This document shows positions 10,301-20,329 of a stretch of 64,000 nucleotides of DNA, piece after piece (the stretch's first letter is position 1; every line of letters starts with the position of its first letter). Both the position numbers and the translations under genes were made by a program. This DNA is from an uncultured virus (IMG/VR IMGVR_UViG_3300026522_000616) (Duplodnaviria; Heunggongvirae; Uroviricota; Caudoviricetes), in the IMG/VR virus record IMGVR_UViG_3300026522_000616; one strand, 5' to 3'. The notes below the pieces were generated by a model. It ran no database searches. It saw nothing but the letters and a program-made list of their open reading frames with translations, and was not told where the DNA came from.

Positions 10301-11284
10301 ATGGACGAACAACAAGAAATAATACAATCTATTATTGATGTAAATAATATAGCAATAGTTATGCATGATAATCCTGATTCAGATGCTATTGGTTCTGCAA
10401 TTGCTTTAGAAAATGCTTTAAAACAAATGAATAAGCAAGTAACAATTATAACACAAAATAAAATAAAGAAAAAATATTTAGATGTTTTTGGTAAAAATAG
10501 AGTTAATAAAATTAATATTCCAAATGATTTTTTTGATATTTTATTCGTATTAGATTGTTCTGAAGAATGTAGAATTAATTTAGATATAAGGGATTATAGT
10601 AATAAAATTATTGTTATAGACCATCATAGTGGATTTGAACCATATGGAGATATTTATTGGTGTGAAGATGTTATAGCTAATTCAATGTTAATCTATAAAT
10701 TAATTAAAATGATGATGGATGTTGGATTAAATGTATTATTAAATAGTAAAATAGCTACTGCATTATATATGGGAATTAGAAGTGATAGTTTTAATTTCAG
10801 AAATCCAAATGTTACCCCTGAAACACATGAAATATGTTCGGAATTATTAAAATATAGTGCAGATACGGAATATATTAATGAACTAGAGAAATATTCAAGA
10901 GGAATATTAAAGCTAGAAATATTTGCTTTTAATAGTTTGTTATACGATGAACATTATAAAATTATTTATACTATAATAACAAAAGATATGATTGATAGCA
11001 CACATTCTACATTTGAAGATGCTTCTCAAATTATAGATGTTTTAAAACTAATTAAAAATGTGGACGTTGCTTTATTATTTATATCAGCAAAAGGGAAAAT
11101 ATATATAAAAGCTAGAAGTACAAAATATAATGTATCTAAGGTAATGAAACAGTTCGGCGGTGGAGGACACAAACTTGCAGCAGGTGCAGTTTGCTGTTCC
11201 GATTCAAGTTATTCATTAATGAATTCTGTTGTTAAAGCTATGAGATTAGAAATAGAAAATAAAAAGGTAGGTAAGAAAAAATGA
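10301..11284 (+). CDS. DHH/DHHA1 phosphoesterase (NrnA/Pde2-like)
   Basis: HDNPDSDAIGS, LDC, IDHH, LYMGIRSD, GGGGHKLAAG. Confidence 0.9.
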   Translation: MDEQQEIIQSIIDVNNIAIVMHDNPDSDAIGSAIALENALKQMNKQVTIITQNKIKKKYLDVFGKNRVNKINIPNDFFDILFVLDCSEECRINLDIRDYSNKIIVIDHHSGFEPYGDIYWCEDVIANSMLIYKLIKMMMDVGLNVLLNSKIATALYMGIRSDSFNFRNPNVTPETHEICSELLKYSADTEYINELEKYSRGILKLEIFAFNSLLYDEHYKIIYTIITKDMIDSTHSTFEDASQIIDVLKLIKNVDVALLFISAKGKIYIKARSTKYNVSKVMKQFGGGGHKLAAGAVCCSDSSYSLMNSVVKAMRLEIENKKVGKKK

Positions 11285-11521
11285 AATTGCCTATCTTTTT
11301 TCGTTATAAAGGTTTATAAATATTTTATTAATGAGTTAGAGGGATAGATAACAGTTTAAAAGAGTAATGTAAGTATTTTTTGAATGCTATTTATATAAAT
11401 TATATCAATGTACATAAGTATAATTTATCAATGATTAGACTAGATGATTAATACAAAAAGTTACACAGTATTTTCTGCTCATTTATACCCTCTTAATTAT
11501 TAGAAGGACTTGTGATTGCCA

Positions 11522-12286
11522 ATGAAAAAATATGCTGAATTAAATCAGGTAAAATTAGATGATAGTGCAATTCAATATATAACAGATTCTATGGCTAATA
11601 GTATGTTAATACAAATTAACTACGAAGGGTCAGGATGGAGAACAGTACAACCATATTCATTTACAACATCAAAAGATAATAATTTATTGGTAATGTGTTA
11701 TAAACAAGATGGCTCTGTACGTTCTTATCGTTTTGATAGAATTAATGATTTATATGTTGATGATTCATTAATACAAGCAGAAACAGGAGCTACTTTTGAA
11801 GATAGTGCAGATAATACACATAACAATCCTAGCGATTTTGAAATACCATATTTACCTGAATATGATGAAATATTAGAAGAATCTGAAAACGAACCGCCTG
11901 AACCTTTTTCTGAAGCTATTGATTCAATTGAACAAGGAGAAAATTTTGAACCAGTAGAATTTGATGAAAATAACAAACCGCTTTCAGAAGAAGAAAAACA
12001 AAAACGTGATGAAGAACATTTAGAAGAACAAGAAAAAAATGAAGAAACAGATTTTGATTTAGATAATCAAGATAATGAACAAAATAATGCGGAAGAAACA
12101 GATTTTGATTTAGATAATAACAATAAAGATAATCAATTAGATATTGATAATAATATAGATAATAAAAATTCAGAAAATAATACAAATATTTCTGAACCAA
12201 CCTTTACATCTACAGATATAGGAGATAATACGAATGGACAACAAGAAACGGTCGAATCCGACGAACAATCCAATACAAATCAGTAA
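11522..12286 (+). CDS. WYL-domain protein with long acidic C-terminal tail
   Basis: IQINY...RTVQPY...LLVMC....VRSYRFDRI is a WYL-domain pattern; D/E/N-rich tail with EETDFDLDN twice. Confidence 0.75.
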   Translation: MKKYAELNQVKLDDSAIQYITDSMANSMLIQINYEGSGWRTVQPYSFTTSKDNNLLVMCYKQDGSVRSYRFDRINDLYVDDSLIQAETGATFEDSADNTHNNPSDFEIPYLPEYDEILEESENEPPEPFSEAIDSIEQGENFEPVEFDENNKPLSEEEKQKRDEEHLEEQEKNEETDFDLDNQDNEQNNAEETDFDLDNNNKDNQLDIDNNIDNKNSENNTNISEPTFTSTDIGDNTNGQQETVESDEQSNTNQ

Positions 12287-12416
12287 TGCTTTTGAGCATT
12301 ATGGTTTAAATGAAAAATCACAACATAGAGATAAAGTTCCTGCGTGGATGGAAGATGTAATTACAAAAAGGAAAGAACCGCCAAAAGCATCTGATTTTAA
12401 AGGAATCTGGCCTTAA
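12234..12416 (+). CDS. Hypothetical protein
   Basis: RBS AGGAG upstream; overlaps end of the WYL gene. Confidence 0.5.
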   Translation: MDNKKRSNPTNNPIQISNAFEHYGLNEKSQHRDKVPAWMEDVITKRKEPPKASDFKGIWP

Positions 12417-12449
12417 AAATATTTCTTTACGTATATTGTAAAATGTGCT

Positions 12450-12655
12450 ATAACGTCAAAATTATATATAAATAAGAATATATATGTATAATTTTGTTTA
12501 GAATTCTAAATTCAAAGCATCGTTAATGTGCTCACCTTAATCTTTTTAGGATACGGTATTTTAACAAATGTCATTCAACATTTGCGTATATATTTGTTTG
12601 AATTCTTCATGTTTTATGCCAATAGGAATAAATTTATTTGGTTCAATTTCTTGAT
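12450..12655 (-). ncRNA. Predicted TnpB omega-RNA (reRNA) scaffold overlapping tnpB 3' end and right end
   Basis: Position typical of TnpB guide scaffolds; hairpin at ~12515-12533 covaries with the copy at 44532-44737. Confidence 0.7.
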
Positions 12656-13862
12656 GACAGGATTTTCTCAAAACGTTTGAGAAAATCCTGTTTTTTATAT
12701 TTATAGATGCATTTAAATCTGCATTTAATTCAAATCCACAATTTTCACAACGGAAATGTTCTTGTGTTTGTCTATTCTTTTTGGAAATGTGATGACAACA
12801 ACTACATTCTTGACTTGTATATTCAGGATTTGTTAAGGAAATTGTTATTCCATATTTTTTTCCAATTCGTTCTGCAATATTTTTAATATCTACTAGTCTA
12901 ACTGCGTACATTAAACGTTTGTAATTAATATCAAATTCTTTGTTTGTAATTTTTAAATGACCTGTGAATTTGCCCAAATCTTCAAAAACTAAATGGTCAA
13001 TATTTTGCATATTACAATGTTTAAACAATTTAACTAAGCATTGTTCGACCATTGAAACGCTTCTTCTAGTGTTTTTTAAACTTTGTTGATGTTGTTTTTC
13101 AGTCATTGTGTGAGAAATATTTCTTTTCATTTTTGTGGAAACAATCTTATCATATTTTATTCTTTGTTTAATGATTTTTCTAACAAGTTTTCTATCGTAG
13201 TCAACAGAAAAACCATCTGAACATTGAAGAAGATTATGTTTTACATTTACATCAACTCCTTCAATATGATTAATAGAAGTAGAATATACTCTATTATCAT
13301 CTTCAGCAATGGTAATTTTTAATTTATTTTTACCTAATAAAGTACAAGTATATTGTTTTTGAAATTGAGATTTATTTGCACCTGTCATGGAATAAGAAAT
13401 ATTCTGTAAATCTCCATGATATTTTTCAGAATACCTAAAAGGAATACAAATTATACCTTGTTTAGGAATGTTGAAGTTGATAATTCCGTTAGTATATGTA
13501 TTTTTGCTTTCTTCTATGAAGATTTTTGTTGAAAGATTGATGCCTACAAAAGATAATTTTTTGAAAACAATTCGCTGTTTTGGTGGTTTTTTCTTTTCAT
13601 ATCTTTCATATACCTGTTTACAAATTTGTTGAAAAAATGAAGAAGAAAAATCTTTATCACGATAAATTTTCATTTCTGTGATAAATTTACTGCAAGTGAT
13701 TTTTTGTTTTTGAAAATAGTTGTTATAATAGATTTCAGAAATGAAGTTTTGATATACTTGAATTTGTTTAGCCAATTCTTCAATCTTTTTATATTTTTCC
13801 TTATTTAAACCATAAGAATAGAAAGAAATTGCTTTTTTTTGAATATTTGTGCTTAATTTCAT
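12561..13862 (-). CDS. tnpB: RNA-guided endonuclease TnpB
   Basis: RuvC-I GVDVN, RuvC-II VFEDL, YTSQECSCC..FRCENCG zinc finger, RuvC-III NADLNASINI; D-E-D triad intact. Confidence 0.95.
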   Translation of the reverse strand: MKLSTNIQKKAISFYSYGLNKEKYKKIEELAKQIQVYQNFISEIYYNNYFQKQKITCSKFITEMKIYRDKDFSSSFFQQICKQVYERYEKKKPPKQRIVFKKLSFVGINLSTKIFIEESKNTYTNGIINFNIPKQGIICIPFRYSEKYHGDLQNISYSMTGANKSQFQKQYTCTLLGKNKLKITIAEDDNRVYSTSINHIEGVDVNVKHNLLQCSDGFSVDYDRKLVRKIIKQRIKYDKIVSTKMKRNISHTMTEKQHQQSLKNTRRSVSMVEQCLVKLFKHCNMQNIDHLVFEDLGKFTGHLKITNKEFDINYKRLMYAVRLVDIKNIAERIGKKYGITISLTNPEYTSQECSCCHHISKKNRQTQEHFRCENCGFELNADLNASINIKNRIFSNVLRKSCHQEIEPNKFIPIGIKHEEFKQIYTQMLNDIC

Positions 13863-13897
13863 AATGTTTCACTTCCTTTCTTATAAAAATGTTTGAT

Positions 13898-14521
13898 TTA
13901 AGAATTTATGATTTTTTGAGCTTCTTTTAACTTTTTTCGTCTATTGCTATATAATTTCATTGAAAAATGATGAATCATAGCAATTATATCTTCTGTCAAT
14001 TCTTGTTCAAAATTTTCTTCATTAATTTTGTTGTTTAATGTTGTGATTTTGCAATCGAATTTTTTAAATATATTTTCAAAATATTTAAATCCAAATCTAC
14101 TCAATCTATCTTTATATGTGATAAAAACATTGGCAACCTCATGATTTAGAATCGAATCAACCATTTTGTTAAATTCCACTCTATTTTCATTCATACCACT
14201 AGCAATTTCACAATAAATATGGTCAATAATAAAACCATTGGAATTGCAAAAATCAAGAAGAATTTGCTTTTGTTTTAGCAAATCTTGTTTTTGTTTTTGA
14301 TTTGATACTCGACAATAAATAACGTTTTTCTTGTTTGTGGAAGAAGGTTTACTTTCATAATCAAGAAGTTTTTCAATATCTTGTTTTTTGTAAATGAATT
14401 TTCTTTCCCCAATATTTTTGTATTGAATAATTCCTTTTTTTCTCCAACGATGTAAAGTTTGTCTATTAATTCCAAATAGTTTAATAATTTCTTTTGTTGT
14501 GTAAAATTCTTTATCTAGCAT
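13898..14521 (-). CDS. tnpA: IS607 serine recombinase/transposase TnpA
   Basis: N-terminal MerR-like HTH, IYCRVS catalytic motif, EIASG, YKDRLSRFG. Read on the minus strand (ATG is the complement of 14519-14521) although the ORF track labels it +. Confidence 0.95.
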   Translation of the reverse strand: MLDKEFYTTKEIIKLFGINRQTLHRWRKKGIIQYKNIGERKFIYKKQDIEKLLDYESKPSSTNKKNVIYCRVSNQKQKQDLLKQKQILLDFCNSNGFIIDHIYCEIASGMNENRVEFNKMVDSILNHEVANVFITYKDRLSRFGFKYFENIFKKFDCKITTLNNKINEENFEQELTEDIIAMIHHFSMKLYSNRRKKLKEAQKIINS

Positions 14522-14587
14522 ATAATCATTCCTTTTTGTAACAAAAATATACTAAATAAAATATTTTATAACTGTTATCTACGAGAT

Positions 14588-14617
14588 TTGACAAAATACT
14601 TACTTGTATGCTATAAT
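14588..14617 (+). promoter_or_regulatory. sigmaA-like promoter for sigma-factor gene
   Basis: TTGACA-N18-TATAAT with extended TG. Confidence 0.75.
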
Positions 14618-14667
14618 AACTTCATAGGTTGTCATTCTATTATATAAAATATAAAAGGAGAATTACA

Positions 14668-15459
14668 TTGGATAATGAAACGTGTATAACTTATCATAAT
14701 GTTTGTATAGTAGATGGTATCGTTCCAATTGAAGATAAATATAAATTTAATCCAAATACTTGTATTTTATATCAAGAAAATAAAATTGTAAAATTAACAG
14801 AACAAGAAAAGCAAAATAGATTAAAAAATAAAAATAAAAAACGAAAAAAGCCAACCATAGAAGAAGCAGTAAGCGATTATCGAAATGGTTGTCAAGAAGC
14901 ATTTGAATATGTATATAACCATTATAAATCTAAAATAAAATATATGGCAAGTGTTAAAGCCGAAAAAGGTCATGAGGAAGAACTTTTTTCAGATATTACA
15001 ATGCAATTGTTTCAATGCATGAAAAAATATAAATTCGGTTCAGTTAAATTTAATACATTTTTTTGGCGTTGTGCTCAAAATGTAGTTGGTGTACATTTTA
15101 CTGCAAAAACAACTCAAAAAAGAAATAACATATATGGTTTTATTCCTATTGATTCAAAAGTAAATTCTGCAAAAAATGATGGTTCTATTTTGCAAGATAT
15201 TATTGAAGATAAAAGTACAGATGATTTATTTAACCAAATAGATTTTAATTGCACTTTAGAAGAATATATATTACCTTGTTTATCAGATAATAAGGACAGA
15301 ATGATTCTAAAATTGTTATCTCATGGATATATTGTTAAAGATATATGCAAAACCATTCATATGACACCAGCAGGTGTTTATTTACGATTAAAGAAAATTA
15401 GAGAAAATATAAATAATAAAATTACATATAAAGAATTACAAAAATTATTGAAACCATAA
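14668..15459 (+). CDS. Phage sigma-70-family RNA polymerase sigma factor
   Basis: Region 2-like G.QEAFE.VY..Y...EELFS.....F..M.KY...KFNTF and C-terminal HTH (GY..KDI...I.MT...VY.RL); probable TTG start after AAGGAG. Confidence 0.8.
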   Translation: MDNETCITYHNVCIVDGIVPIEDKYKFNPNTCILYQENKIVKLTEQEKQNRLKNKNKKRKKPTIEEAVSDYRNGCQEAFEYVYNHYKSKIKYMASVKAEKGHEEELFSDITMQLFQCMKKYKFGSVKFNTFFWRCAQNVVGVHFTAKTTQKRNNIYGFIPIDSKVNSAKNDGSILQDIIEDKSTDDLFNQIDFNCTLEEYILPCLSDNKDRMILKLLSHGYIVKDICKTIHMTPAGVYLRLKKIRENINNKITYKELQKLLKP

Positions 15460-15492
15460 AAAAAAAGAGGTACTTAATTGTACCTCTTTTTT
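15459..15492. terminator. Bidirectional terminator
   Basis: AAAAAGAGGTAC-TTAATT-GTACCTCTTTTT. Confidence 0.8.
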
Positions 15493-15494
15493 AT

Positions 15495-18482
15495 TTACAA
15501 TAGATATACATACATTTCTTCAGATGGATTACGCGATACGTATATTGTAGTTGCCAAATTATCATAAACAGGAGTCAATGGAATATATAAATCAATTCTT
15601 GTTCCTTTTTCATCACAATCATATTTTATAACATCCAATGTTGTTTCCAAATCGTTATTATAATGGTCTTGAACAACTTCCATATGAATTTTCGTCATAC
15701 GTCTATCTATTTGTTCACTTCTGACTTCTATTGTGGTTGGTAATTTACTTTCATCAGGTAATACAACAAACAAATCAGTTGGTAAATTACTATTTGGATT
15801 TACTTCTAATGTTGTTGGTTTATCTTGCCAATCCACTATATCAGGAGTATGATAATATGTTACTGTTACAGATGGAATTGCTTGTTTTCCTAATTTTGTT
15901 TGTGCAGAAGAAATATTTAAACTATTGTTACTCTTTCTGTTACGAGTATCTATTTCAAGATAATAACTACGTTTTGTAGAATTGAAATCCTCAAAATCTA
16001 ACAGGTCTTTTGTAATATCAATATTAAATCTGCCATTCTTATTAGGTGCTTTAACTTCTGTAATATAAGCTAATTTCTTAACTTTATTAAAGTTGTCATA
16101 ATTAATACTGCTTTCTGACCAATTATCTGCAATAGAATAAACCTTAATTATATCGCCTGTATATATTGGGTTCTCAACATTCAAATGCAATATAGCTTTT
16201 TGAACTATTTGATAACCATAATACTTAGCGTCTTTTTTGCTTCTATCTATATTCAGGTCTGCAAAATCAAATCCGATAAGAGCGCTCATAATATCATAAG
16301 ACTTAGTATTGCCAATATGCATATTGGTTCTATAACCAAAGTTCATTAATCTCTTTGAATTATAGATATACGAATCTTTTATAGCATAAACGGTCTTTTC
16401 TGCAATTTGTGGTGCGCCTAATTTAGATGGAGCTTTTAATAATGGAGCAAAATTTTCTGTGGATACGTACATTGTTGTCTTTAACTGTTCTTTAATAGGA
16501 ATAGCCAAGAAAGTCTTTAAATTATTGTTAATTTTGTTTGTAATTGTAATATCGCTTTCAAAAGAAGCTCTACTATTAACAAACATTGTCGTTTGCAATT
16601 CAGACTGTCTTGTATAGACAACTTCCATATCTATATACCAACCAGTTTCAATTTTATGTGTAAATGCACTTGTTGCTTTTAATGGAGCAAATGATTTTAC
16701 AATATTTAATTTGGTTGGTAAATTATCGTTCTTATAGTTCTTAACTTCTAATGTTGTTTTTATTCTAGGAGCTTTACCTTCTATAGCAAATAGTTCTACA
16801 GTAGATTCAAAAAATCCATAATCTTGTTTAACAACATTGAAATTAATCGGTAATTCATCATGGTTATTTCTGATTACAGTTAATTCAGTAGGTATACGAA
16901 CTTTATCAGGATGTTTATATTTGATAAAGTAATTTGTTGTTTGTAATTGTGCTTTTTTATTAACAACAAATGTAATTGGAATTTTGTTAATATCATTTCT
17001 AACAACACTTAATGTTGTATTGATTGCACTTTTATCATTGACTGTTTTTGTGTCGCAAATAGTTTCAATAACAGGTCTACTATCGACAATAATGGTTGTA
17101 TATAGATTATTTTTGTTATTACGAACAACTGATAATGTGGTTAATTTATCATTTACATCTGTATTAATAATATTTGATACGCTCTCAAAATGATATTTAT
17201 TTACAATATACATTTGTGTAAATAATTGTTTTGTTAATGGATTAAATACATTTATACTAATTGGTAATTTATGACTATCATCATAAATATTTGGTTTATT
17301 AAAGTTTGCAATTTGTTCAAAATTATTTCCTTTATACTCTACATTTATGAATGTTGGTAAACCAATATTTGTATTTTTAACTACACTTAATCCAATCGGT
17401 AACTGTTTATCTTCTTGTGATATTTGTGGAATGTTAAGTGTAGTCGGTAATGTATTTCTATCCCATGCTAATACATCCATCGTTGTTAATAATGGACTAC
17501 TATCTTTTTGATTAACAATTAATTCAATTTTAGCACTTTTTATATCATTTGTACGTTTAACAATAATATTAACAGGTAGATAAGATTTAATTACACGACA
17601 TACATGAACGTCTGTTTTTAATTTTTCATTATCTACAACAACTGCAACAGTTAAATCTGTTGGAATTTTATTTTCACGATATACAACCATATTAATAGGA
17701 ATATTATTATGTTTATATCGTTTAACAATAAGATTTGTTGGAATACCTGGTGATTCTGTTCTTTTTACAATTAAATCCGTTGGTATTGAAGTTTTATCTT
17801 TGCGTTGAACAATGAAATCAATCTTCGTTGCTTTCTCATCATTAACAACAGATAAATTCGTTGGTATTTGAGATTTATAATAAACTTCCATATTAATAGG
17901 AATTTCTATTTTATCATGTCTAACAACTATTATATTTGTTGAAATACCTGTTACATTATATTGTTGTACTAAAACTGTTGTTGGTAGGTTGCTCTTATTA
18001 ACTGTAGGAACAAAGAAGCTAATATTTGTACCAATATTATATCCCATATGAATTTCTTTATTATTAGGATAATTATCTATTGTTAAACCGTTAATAGCGT
18101 TTATTCTATGATTTTTGATTGTATACGCAAAATTTTTATATTTATCATATAAATAAAAATAATAGTTATAATCTCCATCAGGAACATTTGTGTTGATTTT
18201 TAATCCTTTTCTAACATCAGTATCACTACTCATACTCTGTGTTACATCTAAAGGAAAATCATCAGGATACAAAGGGTCATTTTTGATGGATTTCCAATAT
18301 CCTAGTGAAGCGAACCAAGTTATTTCTGTGGCTTCTGAAGGTTTATATTCTGAACCCATATCAATGAAAACTGTATTTTCATCGGTTTGAGTAAATGTAT
18401 AAAAATTCATATAATCAGAATTTTCATATAACATTAACCTATAGCCCTTATATTGCAAAGAGAGTGCGTTCATATAACGCAT
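15495..18482 (-). CDS. Repeat-rich structural protein with DNRLRE-like domain
   Basis: Many ~15-aa LPTxLxV repeats; C-terminal AIKDSYI..NFG..ALIGFD..W.ESSINY module. Confidence 0.6.
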   Translation of the reverse strand: MRYMNALSLQYKGYRLMLYENSDYMNFYTFTQTDENTVFIDMGSEYKPSEATEITWFASLGYWKSIKNDPLYPDDFPLDVTQSMSSDTDVRKGLKINTNVPDGDYNYYFYLYDKYKNFAYTIKNHRINAINGLTIDNYPNNKEIHMGYNIGTNISFFVPTVNKSNLPTTVLVQQYNVTGISTNIIVVRHDKIEIPINMEVYYKSQIPTNLSVVNDEKATKIDFIVQRKDKTSIPTDLIVKRTESPGIPTNLIVKRYKHNNIPINMVVYRENKIPTDLTVAVVVDNEKLKTDVHVCRVIKSYLPVNIIVKRTNDIKSAKIELIVNQKDSSPLLTTMDVLAWDRNTLPTTLNIPQISQEDKQLPIGLSVVKNTNIGLPTFINVEYKGNNFEQIANFNKPNIYDDSHKLPISINVFNPLTKQLFTQMYIVNKYHFESVSNIINTDVNDKLTTLSVVRNNKNNLYTTIIVDSRPVIETICDTKTVNDKSAINTTLSVVRNDINKIPITFVVNKKAQLQTTNYFIKYKHPDKVRIPTELTVIRNNHDELPINFNVVKQDYGFFESTVELFAIEGKAPRIKTTLEVKNYKNDNLPTKLNIVKSFAPLKATSAFTHKIETGWYIDMEVVYTRQSELQTTMFVNSRASFESDITITNKINNNLKTFLAIPIKEQLKTTMYVSTENFAPLLKAPSKLGAPQIAEKTVYAIKDSYIYNSKRLMNFGYRTNMHIGNTKSYDIMSALIGFDFADLNIDRSKKDAKYYGYQIVQKAILHLNVENPIYTGDIIKVYSIADNWSESSINYDNFNKVKKLAYITEVKAPNKNGRFNIDITKDLLDFEDFNSTKRSYYLEIDTRNRKSNNSLNISSAQTKLGKQAIPSVTVTYYHTPDIVDWQDKPTTLEVNPNSNLPTDLFVVLPDESKLPTTIEVRSEQIDRRMTKIHMEVVQDHYNNDLETTLDVIKYDCDEKGTRIDLYIPLTPVYDNLATTIYVSRNPSEEMYVYLL

Positions 18483-18562
18483 ATATAAACGGTTATATTC
18501 GGCACTCTCTTTATCTATATCTGTTAGTGCAATATAAGCATCAGAACGTAATTGGTCGAGTA

Positions 18563-20329
18563 TTAGATACTGATTTTTTTTCTGATATTATTTAAGAAAT
18601 TGTCAGCCGCTTTTTCATAAATAGCAAGTTTTGCTTCTGCATAGGATTCGCCTGAAACAACTTTGCTATCATATGTCTTTGTAGCTTCATTTAATTCAGT
18701 TAAAGCATCATCTAATTTTTTAACATCGGCATCGTAAGCGTCTTTGTTATCGTAGTTTTCTACATCATTAACGCTATCCATTGTTGCTTTTGCTTTTGCA
18801 ATAGCTGCTTTATATGTGTCGATATTTTCTTGTGTTGTCTGTCCGATTTCTTCACCAACAGTAGCACTTTCAACTTTTGTTGTAGCGTCTGTAATGGCTT
18901 TTGCAAGGTTTTCTTTATTTGGATGATAATCCACAATAGCATCTGTAAATGTCTGCGTTGCAGAAGTTAATGCAGTAACTGCACCTGTTACATCAGCTTC
19001 TTGTGCATCGTCATCATCATAAACTGTTTGCGCAGAAGTAATGGATTTCTTAAAGTTATCCAAAGTTTCTTGTGAAACTTGACCTACTTCTGTACCAACG
19101 GCATGGTCTTTTACTAACTGATTAGCATTATCAAGAAGTCCTTTGAGGTTGTCTTTATTAACGCCTTTGCCTGGTGCAGTAAATGACTTACCTTGTTCAT
19201 CAATACCTGTTACATCTATATCATCAACTTTTGTAATGACTTTATTACTTACCGTTACGATTGTACGATAATAATCATCATCACCAAATTTGTAAATATA
19301 GATATATTCACCATCATTTAATGATGTTTGGTTGAATAAGATACGGTCAGAAGAAGGTGTTAAATCGGCAACGGTATGTTGTTCGTTGCTATTTGGTACA
19401 TAATAGAATACTTCTTTAGCAGAACCAACCAATTTTGCTTTATCGAATACGATAGCGAAAGGAACATTACCACCAACATTCTTTACTTTATACAATTCTA
19501 AATGTTTTTCTTTAGATTTGTATAAGTAATAGAGTTTATAACCTTCATTCTGTTTGTCGTATGCAGAAGTATAACGTGCATTTAATTCTGTCTTTTTATC
19601 GGATTCTGTTAAAGCATCAATCGCATTTTTAGCAGTTTGACGAGCTTTTTCCAAATCATCTTTTTCTGTTTCTAATGCGCTAAGGTCAGAATCGGAAATA
19701 TTGCTAACCAATGTTTCATAATCAATTAACGCTTCTTCAACGGTAACAAATTTCATTGATAATTCTTTCGTACCAATTGTGCTTGTTCCATCTGCTACAG
19801 TAATTACAAATTTATAATCACCATGAGCAGTATTTAGAGCGTCAAAATTAATCGTAATAGCGTCCGAAGCATTATCTTCACGAGCCAAATCATTAATTAA
19901 AACAACAGAATTTCCTGTTAAATCTGATGGTGTAATCGTATCAGAACCAACATTAACGCTTAATTTTGAGAAAATAGTTTCAAAATTTACATCTGTACCT
20001 GTTGCATTTACTAATTTTAATGTAGATGTAACTTTTTTATCACCAAAATCTTTATATGCTTCATTTAAAGCTATACTAAGATTTTCATTACCTTGTACAA
20101 AAGTTTGTTTGTTTGTTGATACTTCTGTGAAAGCAACGGAAGGATTTTTTACTTCTGTAGAACCACCATCATGTGTTTCTGTACCTGTATCAGAACTTCC
20201 TTTTGGAGTTTCTTCTGTAGGCGTTGTTCCACCTTCTGAACCTGTACCTGTTCCTTCTGATGGAGTTGTTTCAGGTGTTCCTGATTCTATTCCATCAGTA
20301 TTTGTTTTTGTTTCATCTGTATCAGCCAT
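18563..20329 (-). CDS. FIVAR-like repeat protein with acidic S/T/P/G-rich N-terminus
   Basis: VNKDNL..L...A...AI..AQ.V...DA.Q..V..A..AL..A repeats (2x); ATG 20329 follows AAGGAG. Confidence 0.65.
   Translation of the reverse strand: MADTDETKTNTDGIESGTPETTPSEGTGTGSEGGTTPTEETPKGSSDTGTETHDGGSTEVKNPSVAFTEVSTNKQTFVQGNENLSIALNEAYKDFGDKKVTSTLKLVNATGTDVNFETIFSKLSVNVGSDTITPSDLTGNSVVLINDLAREDNASDAITINFDALNTAHGDYKFVITVADGTSTIGTKELSMKFVTVEEALIDYETLVSNISDSDLSALETEKDDLEKARQTAKNAIDALTESDKKTELNARYTSAYDKQNEGYKLYYLYKSKEKHLELYKVKNVGGNVPFAIVFDKAKLVGSAKEVFYYVPNSNEQHTVADLTPSSDRILFNQTSLNDGEYIYIYKFGDDDYYRTIVTVSNKVITKVDDIDVTGIDEQGKSFTAPGKGVNKDNLKGLLDNANQLVKDHAVGTEVGQVSQETLDNFKKSITSAQTVYDDDDAQEADVTGAVTALTSATQTFTDAIVDYHPNKENLAKAITDATTKVESATVGEEIGQTTQENIDTYKAAIAKAKATMDSVNDVENYDNKDAYDADVKKLDDALTELNEATKTYDSKVVSGESYAEAKLAIYEKAADNFLNNIRKKISI

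Larger units (their letters stand above)
12450..14578 (-). mobile_element. IS607-family element (serine recombinase TnpA + TnpB)
   Basis: Adjacent tnpA/tnpB. Right end defined by where homology to the copy at 44532 stops. Left end inferred at TAGAT|AACAGTT (minus strand). Both junctions carry an AT core and a short ATAAC terminal inverted repeat. Confidence 0.85.

Noticed and set aside
13898..14521. ORF track labels tnpA (and 14275..14475) as + strand
   Set aside because: The given translations read only from the reverse complement; tnpA is on the minus strand, co-directional with tnpB
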